A stretch of DNA of 64,000 nucleotides from Anaeramoeba ignava BMAN (taxonomy: Eukaryota; Protista; Anaeramoebae), in assembly GCA_028826165.1 (NCBI GenBank), contig JAPDFW010000056.1, positions 62,001 through 126,000 of the forward strand, in the 5' to 3' direction. The number at the start of each line of letters is the position of its first letter. The first letter of the stretch is position 1. The notes beneath the pieces are model-generated. The model searched no databases. It was given only the letters and a program-made list of their open reading frames with translations, and had not been told where the DNA came from. The translations under genes were made by a program, and so were the position numbers. Of this stretch, positions 38,052-48,568 are shown in pieces.

Positions 38052-39806
38052 TCAACAACATTTCTTTTTTTTTGATGGTTTCCTTAAATTAATTGTTGAG
38101 ATATCGTTGTTATTTTCATAATTATTATAAGCATCTAAATTAACAAAAAAAAAATCAATCAAAAAATTTTTCAATTAAATTTAAATTAAAAAATACCAGT
38201 TATTAATGTTTTAAAAGCTTTATCAACATTTGTTCCATCTTTTGCTGAAGTTTCCATAAACAAAATATTATTTTTTTTTGCGAACTTCTCACCCTTTTTA
38301 AATTTTAATTAAAAAATTAAATTAAAAGAAAAAGTGGAACAAAAATCAAAAAATCAAAAAATCAAAAAAAACCTTTTCTTTTGGAACTTTTCTAAGTTTT
38401 GCCAAATCAGATTTATTTCCAATTAGCATAGTAACAATATTTTTCTTTACTTTATCTCTGAGTTCTTTAATCCAGTATTTAATTTGTTTGAAACTTTCTT
38501 TGTTAGTGATATCATAAACAATAAAAGCGCCATATGAACCACGATAATAACTAAATATTTGAATATAAATATTTGAATATAAATATTTGAATATAAATAT
38601 TTGAATATAAATATTTGAATATAAATATTTGAATATAAATATTTGAATATAAATATTTGAATATAAATATTTGAATATAAATATTTGAATATAAATATTT
38701 GGATATAAATATAATAAATATTTTAATATAAATATTTGAATATAAATATTTGAATATAAATATTTGGATATAAATATAATAAATATTTTTAAATATAAAT
38801 ATTTGAATAATAAATATTTGAATATAAATATAAATATTTGAATATAAATATTCAAATATAAATATTTGGATAAATATTTAAATATAAATATTTAAAATGA
38901 ATAAAATAAATAAAATAAATATTTAAAATGAATATAAATATTTGGATATAAATATTTGGATATAAATATTTGAATATAAATATTTGAATATAAATATTTA
39001 AATATTTAAATATAATAAATATTTAAATATAAATATTTGAATATAAATATTTAAATAATATTTGAATAATATTTGGATATAAATATTTGGATATAAATAA
39101 TATAAATATTTGAATATAAATATTTAAATAATATAAATATTTGAATATAAATATTTAAAAGAATATTTGAATATAAATATAAAAAATGAATATAAATATT
39201 TAAATAATATAAATATTTGAATAAATTTAAATACACTTGAGTCACCGAACGAAATCTTTCTTGACCTGCTGTATCCTTTTATAATAATGATATTATATTT
39301 AATACATTCTTTAAAAGAAGTATTAAAATTATTTAAATCCTTACCCAAATTTGTACTTTGACTTTTTTATCATGAATTTGTAATATTTTTGATTCAAATT
39401 CAACACCGATTGTAGCTTTTGTATCTGATGTGAAAGTTTTACTTTATTAAACAAAATTATTTTTTTTTCCGATTTTTAAATTCATTTTGAAAATCAATTT
39501 ATTTTTTTTAAAAATCAGGAAAAAAAAATTTTTACTTGCAATATTGAGTTAAAAGATTTGTTTTCCCAACATAACTATTGCCTAAATGAGTGTATAAATA
39601 AATTACTATCTTTTTATAATTATTATCTAAAATAATTATTTACCAATTAAAACAATTTTAAATATACAATCATATTCTTCTTCTTTGTCTAAAGAATTTT
39701 GCTAAAAATAAAATTTATTAATAATTTAATAAAGAAATTTATCAAGAAATTTAATAAAGGAATTTAAAAAGAAATTTAATAAGAAAATATAAACCCGTTT
39801 TTCCAT
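38052..39806 (-). CDS. Rab paralogue O
   Basis: [37 protein letters not shown]. Intron 5 is filled by an AATATAAATATTTG 14-mer (38552-39230). Confidence 0.9.
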
Positions 39807-39907
39807 CTTATTATTTATAATTTTTGTTGAATAAAAGAAAAAAAAAAAGAAAGAAAAGAAAAATGATTTTTTTTATTAAAAATTTGAACAAAAATCATTT
39901 TTCATTT

Positions 39908-41363
39908 TTAACAACATTTTCCTTCTGTTGTCTTTTCTTCTTTATAATTATATAAATTAATAGGAGGTGGTGTTAATTTTTTTTTGGAAAAAACATTATA
40001 AATCTCTAAATAAATCAAATATAAAATTAAAATTAAAATTAAAAATTTAAAATAAAATAAAAATACCAGTTATTAATGTTTCAAAAGCTTTATGAACATT
40101 TGTTCCATCTTTTGCTGAAGTTTCCATAAACAAAAAATTCTTTTCTGCTGCGAATTTTTGACCCTTTTTAAATTCAAAAAAAAAAAATTAAATTCAAAAA
40201 AAAAAAAGTGGAACAAAAAATTTAATAAAAAAATAAACCTTTTCTTTTGAGATTTTTCGTTTATCACTTAAATCAGATTTATTTCCAATTATCATAATAA
40301 CGACATTTTGATCTGTTTGATCTTTAAAGTCATTAATCCAGTATTCTAATTTTTCGAAACTTTCTTCATCAGCGATATCATAAACAATAAAAGCGCCATA
40401 TGAACCACGATAATAACTAAATATTTAAAAGAATATTTAAATAAAATAAATATTTAAATATTTAGATAAAATAATAAATATTTAAATAAAATAAATAATT
40501 AAATATTTGGATAATAAATAAAATAAATATTTAAATATTTGGATAAAATAAATATTTGGATAATATAGATAATAAATATTTAAATAAAATAATAAATATT
40601 TAAATATTTAAATATTTGGATAAAATAATAAATATTTGGATAAAATAATAAATATTTAAATAAAATAAATATTTGGATAATAAATATTTAAATATTTGGA
40701 TAATATAAATAATAAATATTTGGATAATATAGATAATAAATATTTAAATAAAATAAATATAAATACGCTCTAGTCACAGATCGAAATCTTTCTTGACCTG
40801 CTGTATCCTTTTATAAGAATAAGATTATACTTAATAATTAATACTTAATATTTTTTTTTAAAAGAAGATTCAAAAGTATTCAATTCCTTACCCAAATTTG
40901 TAATTGAATTGTTTCATTGTTTATTTTAAATACCTTTGAACTAAATTCAACTCCAATTGTAGATGTTGATTCTGTTGTAAAAGTATTACTTTATTAAACA
41001 ATAAAATTTTTCCGATTTAAGAAAAAACAAACAAAAAAAGGAAATTTTTTATAAACAAAAATTTTTTACTATCGATATCGAGTTAAAAGGTTTGTTTTCC
41101 CAACATGAGTATTACCTAAATAAATAATTAAATAAATCAATAATTAATTAATTAATTAAATCAATAAATCAATAAATCAATAATTAAATCATTTACCAAT
41201 TAAAACAACTTTAAATACATGAGAATAAAGTGATAATTCATTATCTAAATTTCTTTCCTAAAAAAAAAAGAAATAAGAAAATTGTGTGTATTTTGTTTCC
41301 TTTAAGTAAATGATGCTTAGTTTTAAAAAAAATGTAAATTAAATTGAAAACCTTTTGTTGCAT
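39908..41363 (-). CDS. Rab paralogue P
   Basis: [37 protein letters not shown]. Confidence 0.9.
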
Positions 41364-41560
41364 ATTGATAAGAATTTTTCTTGAATAAAAAAAAAAATGA
41401 TTTCTTCTTTTTCATTTTAAAAATTATTTTTATAACAAATATCAAAAAAAAATATAAAAATTTTAATTTTAATTTTAATTTTAATTTTAATAATAATTAT
41501 AATTATAATAAATCCAAAAAAAATTTTTTAATTTGAGTTTTTTTTTCCGAATTTGAAAAA

Positions 41561-44051
41561 TTAACACCAACGACGTTTTTTTTTTGGTTTTTTTGAGTTT
41601 TTTAGAATAACTTTATGCTTTTGTTTTTGTTTTTGTTTTTGTTGTTCTTGTTCTTTTTCTTGTTGAAGATCCTCTTTTTGTTGAATAAAAGCATTATGAA
41701 CCTCTAAAAATCAATAACAACAATAAGAATAATAAGAATAAGAATAAGAATAATAATAATAAGAATAAGAATAAGAATAAGAATAATAAAATACCAGCTA
41801 TCATTGTTTGAAAAGCATTTTGAATATTTGTTCCATCTTTTGCTGAAGTTTCTAAAAATAAAAGATTATTTTCTTTTGCAAAATTTTCACCCTATTCAAT
41901 ATTAAATATTAAATATTAAGTATTAAATATTAAACATTAAATATTAAACATTAAATATTAAATATTAAATATTAAATATTAAATATAAAAAAGATTAAAT
42001 ATTAAAATTAAAATATTAAATATTAAATATTAAATAAAATTAAAATTAAATATTAAATATTAAATATTAAAGATTAAATATTAAATATTAAATATTAAAG
42101 ATTAAATATTAAAGATTAAATATTAAAGATTAAATATTAAATATTAAATATTAAATATTAAAGATTATTAAATATTAAATATTAAATATTAAATATTAAA
42201 TATTAAAGATTAATTATTAAATATTAAACCATTTCTTTTGAAACTTGTCGAGTTTGTTCTAAATCACATTTATTTCCAAGTATCATAACAATAGCATTTT
42301 CTTTGGCACTTTCTCTGAAATTTTTTATTGATTCTCAAATATTAAAAAAAAATTTTTTCAAAAACTTTTTCAAACTTGTTGTATCACAAAAACAATAAAT
42401 TAAATATTTTATTAAAACTGAACATTAAACGAAAATTAAAGCTATTTATTTATAAATATTATATTTAGATATTTAGATATTTAGATATTTAGATATTTAG
42501 ATATTTAGATATTTAGATATTTAGATATTTAGACAATTTAAATATTTATTAAAGGATATTTAAATATAAAATTATTAAATATCAAATATTTATTGAAAAA
42601 TATTAAATATTATTTATAAATATTATTAAATATTTTAGATATTTAAAGGATATTTAAATATTAAATAGAAAATATTTAATATAAATTTAGGATGTTTGGG
42701 AAATATTAAAAGATTAAATTTAAATATTAAATATTTAGGATATTTGGGATATTTTTAAATATTAAAATTAATATTAAACAAAATATTAAATAAAAATATT
42801 AAAGATTAAAATTTAGATATTTTTTTTAGATATAAAATTAAATATTAAATATTAAAGGATTATTTATTAAATATTAAATATTAAATATTAAATATTAAAT
42901 ATTAAATATGTTTAAAGGATTAAATATTAAATTTTGATTAAATATTAAATATAGATTAATTAAATATTTAAATATAGATATTTATAAATATAAATATTTA
43001 AATATTAAATAAATATTATATTTAAATATTAAAGATTAAATATTTAAATGATAAATAAGGATATTAAAGATTAAATATTATATTTATTATATTAAATAAA
43101 TATTATATTTAAATTAATATTCTTTAGGATATTTTATAAATATTAAAATATTTAGATATTTTTGAAATAAATATTATATTTAGATATTATTTTATAAAAT
43201 TTTATATTTAGATATTATTTAGATATTTAGATATTTAGGATATTTAGATAAATGAAATTATATTATTTATGTTTTAGATATTTAGGATATTTTTAGGATA
43301 TTTAGATATTTAGATATTTAGGATATTTAGATATTTAGATATTTTAGATATTTATTTATATTTTTTAGATATTTATTTAAATATTTATAAATATATTTGG
43401 ATAAACTACTTTTGAGTAAGTGCTTTCTGAAATCTTTCTTGACCAGCAGTATCCTAAAAAAATTTTTTAAAAAAGATAAACAAAAATATTTTTCATTACA
43501 AATTAATTAATTACCCAAATTTGAGCAGAAATAAATTTCCCATCAAACTGAACTTCTTTTGTTTTAAAATCAACACCAATAGTTGGTTTTATATTGAAAT
43601 TAAAATTTTTGCTTTAAAGAAAGATAAAATTATTATTTTTAAAACTTTAAGAAACTTTTGTTTTAAAATCAACACCAATAGTTGGTTTTATATTGAAATT
43701 AAAATTTTTGCTTTAAAGAAAGATAAAATTATTATTTTTAAAACTTTAAGAAAAGTAAGTAAAACTTACTCACAAAAACGAAGTAAAATATTTGTTTTTC
43801 CAACAGCATGAGAACCTATTAAAAATTGAAGGTTTAAAGCCTTTTATTTAAGTTTATTTTATTTAATTTAATTTTTAATTTTTAATTTTGTTTACCAATC
43901 ATAACAAATTTAAATGCTAATCTTCTTTCTGTTTCTTTCTTTTAAATAAATTTGTTAGAAATTAGAAATTAGAAATTATTAATTTATTAATTTATTAATT
44001 TATTAAATTCTGTTTTTATTTGTGTATTTTATTTTTTACAACTTCTGCCAT
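41561..44051 (-). pseudogene. Rab paralogue Q; 5' half of exon 6 scrambled (pseudogene or poor consensus)
   Basis: [39 protein letters not shown]. 42320-42440 has no open frame; 99-bp duplication over the exon 4 acceptor. Confidence 0.6.
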
Positions 44052-44204
44052 ATTTTATATTTTATATTTTAAATTTTTGGAAAAGAAAAAAAATGAAATT
44101 TTGGAAAAGAGAATTTATTGATCAAAAATATTCAATAAAAAAGAAAAAAAGAAAAAAGTTTTTTGATATTTTGAAAATAAATTAAATTTAAATTCAAATT
44201 AAAA

Positions 44205-45829
44205 TTAACAACATTTCTTAGATTTTTTAATTGAATTATTAAGATTAATTGAAGGTGTTTGTGATTTATTTAAATTTATGTTTGTTTTTATGTTTTTAAA
44301 AGGTTCTTCTTTTAAATCAAGAATTTCTAAAAATCAAAAAATTAAAAGAAAATATCAATTTAAATTAATAAATAAATAAATAATAAATAAATAAATAAAA
44401 TACTTCTAAGAAGACTATAAAAGGAATCATTAACATTTTCTCCAGTTTTTGCAGAAGTTTCCATAAATAAAAGGTTATTTTCTTTTGAGAATTGGTGACC
44501 CTTTAAAAGTAGAACAATAATAATTAAAATAAAATTAAAATTAAAATTAAAATTAAAATAATAACTTGTTCTAATGAAACTTGTCTTTTTTCTTCCAAAT
44601 CAATTTTATTTCCAATAGCCATAATTGCAATATCAGGTAAAGTTTTTCTTAATGATTGAAGCCAATTTTTTGCTTTTTCTATAGAGTTTAAATGTGTGAT
44701 ATCATAAACAAGAAAAGCTCCATGTGAATTACGATAAGATCTAGAAAGATAAATTAAATTAAAAATGAAATTACAAATGAATTTTTAGATTTAAATATAT
44801 ATTTTAGATTTAAATATTTATTTTAAATTTAAATATTTATTTTAAATTTAAATATTTATTTTGGATTTAAATATTTATTTTTGATTTAAATATTTATTTT
44901 TGATTTAAATATTTATTTTTGATTTAAATATTTATTTTGGATTTAAATATTTATTTTGGATTTAAATATTTATTTTGGATTTAAATATTTATTTTAAATT
45001 TAAATATTTATTTTGGATTTAAATATTTATTTTTGATTTAAATATTTATTTTTGATTTAAATATTTATTTTGGATTTAAATATTTATTTTGGATTTAAAT
45101 ATTTATTTTGGATTTAAATATTTATTTTGGATTTAAATATTTATTTTGGATTTAAATATTTATTTTGGATTTAAATATTTATTTTGGATTTAAATATTTA
45201 TTTTTAGATTTAAATATTTATTTTGGATTTAATAAATATATTTGGTTTTGTGTTTTAATATAAACAATTCTGCTACTGAGCGATATCTTTCTTGACCAGC
45301 AGTATCCTAAAAAATTGATATAAAATATTTTTCATAAATTAAATTTAATTGAACATTTTTTTTGGAAAGAAAAATAACCCAAATTTCAACACGGAACTTA
45401 TTTCCATTCAATTCAATAGATTTTGATTTAAAATCAACACCAATAGTTGCATTTGGTGATTCATTAAAAGTATTTCTAAATAATAAATAAAAGAATAAAT
45501 AAAAGAGTAAAAAAATTAAGGGATAAATAAAAGAATAATAAATAAAAGGGGATTATATTTTTACTCGCAAACACGAAGTATAAATTGGGTTTTTCCAACA
45601 TTAGTTTCTCCTAAAAAAATATTATTTTGGATTAAATAGAATTTTTATTATTTTATTTATTTTGATTAAATAAAAAAATTTACCAACAATAACAATTTTT
45701 ACTCGAGTTTCTTTTTCTCCATTATCATTTACCTTTATGAAAAAAAAAAAGAGGAAAATTAAATTTTTGATGATTTGAAAAAAAAAGAAAATAAAGAGAA
45801 AATTAATTTACAAATGAATTAAAATCCAT
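44205..45829 (-). CDS. Rab paralogue R (most divergent)
   Basis: [36 protein letters not shown]; same 7 intron positions. A 19-mer AAATATTTATTTTGGATTT repeat fills intron 5 (44790-45235). Confidence 0.88.
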
Positions 45830-46315
45830 TAATTTTAAAAATTTTTATTTTTTGAAAAAGCAAAAAAAAATGAATTTTGAAAATTTAGAAAAAAAAAATT
45901 GGAATTTTAATTTTGAATTTAATTTTAATTTTAATTTTAATTTTGATTTTAATTTTGATTTTGATTTTGATTTTGATTTTAATTTTAATTTTGATTTTTA
46001 ATTTTGATTTTGATTTTGATTTTGATTTTGATTTTGATTTTGATTTTGATTTTGATTTTAATTTTAATTTTGATTTTGATTTTAATTTTAATTTTAATTT
46101 TCATTTTTCATTTTTTATTTTGATTTCGATTTTAATTTTAATTTTAATTTTAATTTTTGATTTTAATATAAATTATAAATGAATTTTGATTTTGATTTTG
46201 ATTTTAATTTTGATTTTCATTTTAAATTTAATTTGAATTTTAATTTTAATTTTGATTTTAATTTTCATTTTTGATTTTGATTTTCATTTTTCATTTTTTA
46301 AATTTTTTTGTTTAA

Positions 46316-48367
46316 ATGCACAGAACTAGAAGACGATTACTCCTTCATCCAGATGCAATTCTAGCAATGCATCACTTTAGATTTCGCAACCGAATGGATC
46401 GTTCAGGTTACAAAATAGTTTTTGCAATAACAGTTCTTGCAATAGGATTTCTTTGTGGAATTGGATTGATTTTCTTCTTCTCTTTGCACTCAAATTTTGT
46501 GCACACACCAGAAACAACAGGATGTTTATCAGGAATGGAACCAGAAGTGCAACAAAAATTGCGCGAAGCTGACATAATCCGTTTAACAATTTCAAAACCA
46601 CCAAAATCAAAAAATCAAAATATATCAAAAAATCAAAATTATTCAATAAAATCAAAAAATCCAATTTTCTCATATGAATACTCAATTTCAACATATAATA
46701 ACTCAAATGAACAAATAAAAACAACAAAATATCCAAATAATCAGTCTTATGAATTTTTATTAGATGTAATTAATTATATAGAAGAAAATGATTATTTAGT
46801 TCAAATTTACCATAATTTGCTTGAAATTGTTCTTTTTATAAGCGAATCAGTTGATATTTCAAATATTTCAAATAATATTTCAAATAATTTACTTCTGTTT
46901 ATAAATAGTTCAGTTAATAATTCAAATATTTCGGAAATTTCCAAAAATTTAGTTCTTTTTATAAATAATTCAAATATCATTTCAAATATTTTCAAAAATT
47001 TAGTTCTTTTTATAAATAATTCAAATATGATTCCAAATATTTCGAAAAATACAAATAATAACGAAATGGAAATATCTAAAATATTCACATCATCGTTTCA
47101 AATACTTCATTACTTTGCCAAATATCTCAACACACGCTTTGATATCTTTCCCGAATACAAAACAAAAAACGTTTCTTATGAAGAAACATTATTTGGGTCA
47201 TTGAGAAACAGAATCTATCACAAATTCAACAACAACTCGTTTGCGTGGAAATTAATAAGAGAATATGATAAACTCAAAAGCACGAAAAAAAACGAGATAA
47301 CGGACAAAAAGGAAAATAACAGAAAATTGACTGTTTCAAATACTTCAATTTTTGGGGAATTAAAAAACCCATTTCGATATTTGATGGGGATATTTGGGGA
47401 GCTTAAAAACAGGGTAATCGAGGTTTTTGCTGTGCGACCTAGTGAGTATGTGTTCTCAAAAACAAACGGATTATTTTATGTTCCTGAAAGTCAATTTGCA
47501 AGTCACAATATCAATTTCTACGAGCTTGAAATCCCGCACAATCACAGCTGCCTTGTGCAATTTGATATACCGGTTCTGCTTGTGAAGTTTGTTTTTGAGA
47601 AGCCGATCATCATCAACAGTTTCCAAAGCTTTTTCCAAGGCTCAGGATATATTTGGAATCGGAACCTAATTTTGGATCTTTCTCAACCAACACCGCAAAT
47701 AAAGAAAACGCGAGCAGAATCGCAAGAATCAGCCAATGTTCCAAAACAAAAAACACCGTCTGTTTTCAAAGCTTTTACCAAGTCGTTATTTATGATTCTT
47801 GTGATTCCTTCAATAACATCGATTTTCATCCAAGAAATGTTGATTCCATCGCTCATAAGATCTTTTATGGAGGAGCTTTCGTTGATCCCAAGAAGGGCGT
47901 ACTCGTCGCACATCTTGTCGATACGAGGACTACTTTTCAGTTTCATGTTAAGTGCAACTCTTGTTATCATAATCGACTTCACTAACGATTTCATTTTGAG
48001 CTCGGTGATATCATTAAGTTCTTGGGGAACTGAAATTTATGTGATTATTTTTATCCGTAACAAGACAAGCATGAAAATTTTCTCTATTTTGAGTCTTACA
48101 ATACACTTTGCTTTCTATTTTTATATCAACATGTTCCCTTTTGGTTTCACTTATTTGCTTGGTATTAATTGTTTTGGACTTCAGTTTTTTTTGATGGTTA
48201 TTTTGTTTTATAAATTCGAACTTCCTGAACGTCAAAATAACGTTTTTTCACCAATAAGAAGAACTTATTTTTCAGTTCCTCCTGCTCCTTTAGATTCTGA
48301 TTCTATTAATTTACTTGAAAATATAAATACCAATTTAGAAATTAGGGTTGATGAAGATGAAAGATGA
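46316..48367 (+). CDS. Membralin (TMEM259)-like membrane protein, single exon, 683 aa
   Basis: N-terminal TM then LHSNFV..TGCL, luminal EYVFSKTNGLF..HNI..LEI..HSCL..GSGYIWN, then several TMs ending HFAFYFY..FPFGFTYL; matches the membralin layout as recalled. Confidence 0.72.
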   Translation: MHRTRRRLLLHPDAILAMHHFRFRNRMDRSGYKIVFAITVLAIGFLCGIGLIFFFSLHSNFVHTPETTGCLSGMEPEVQQKLREADIIRLTISKPPKSKNQNISKNQNYSIKSKNPIFSYEYSISTYNNSNEQIKTTKYPNNQSYEFLLDVINYIEENDYLVQIYHNLLEIVLFISESVDISNISNNISNNLLLFINSSVNNSNISEISKNLVLFINNSNIISNIFKNLVLFINNSNMIPNISKNTNNNEMEISKIFTSSFQILHYFAKYLNTRFDIFPEYKTKNVSYEETLFGSLRNRIYHKFNNNSFAWKLIREYDKLKSTKKNEITDKKENNRKLTVSNTSIFGELKNPFRYLMGIFGELKNRVIEVFAVRPSEYVFSKTNGLFYVPESQFASHNINFYELEIPHNHSCLVQFDIPVLLVKFVFEKPIIINSFQSFFQGSGYIWNRNLILDLSQPTPQIKKTRAESQESANVPKQKTPSVFKAFTKSLFMILVIPSITSIFIQEMLIPSLIRSFMEELSLIPRRAYSSHILSIRGLLFSFMLSATLVIIIDFTNDFILSSVISLSSWGTEIYVIIFIRNKTSMKIFSILSLTIHFAFYFYINMFPFGFTYLLGINCFGLQFFLMVILFYKFELPERQNNVFSPIRRTYFSVPPAPLDSDSINLLENINTNLEIRVDEDER

Positions 48368-48568
48368 GAAAAAAATCCAAAAACAAGAAAAAGACAAACA
48401 AAACAAACAAAACAGATTTTATTTTATTTTAAAATTCCAATTAAAATTATTATTTAAAATTTAATTATTTTTATTTCAAATAAAAGATTTTTTTTTTTTT
48501 TTTTTTTTTGCTTTTTATTTTTTTTTTTTTTTGAAATTTTTTTTAATTAAAAAAAAAAAAATAATAAA

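Larger units (their letters stand above)
5783..45829 (-). other. Head-to-tail tandem array of 18 Rab loci (A-R)
   Basis: Repeated exon sets with identical intron positions and phases; about 100-270 bp between one copy's stop codon and the next copy's start codon. Confidence 0.93.

Noticed and set aside
44790-45235. Regular 19-bp repeats resembling a CRISPR array
   Set aside because: Directly abutting tandem units with no unique spacers, inside a eukaryotic intron, and no cas genes.
5783-45829. Single gene with mutually exclusive exon cassettes (Dscam- or protocadherin-like)
   Set aside because: Each complete unit has its own start exon, stop codon and upstream initiator-like tract; cross-copy splicing is phase-compatible but nothing in the sequence supports it.
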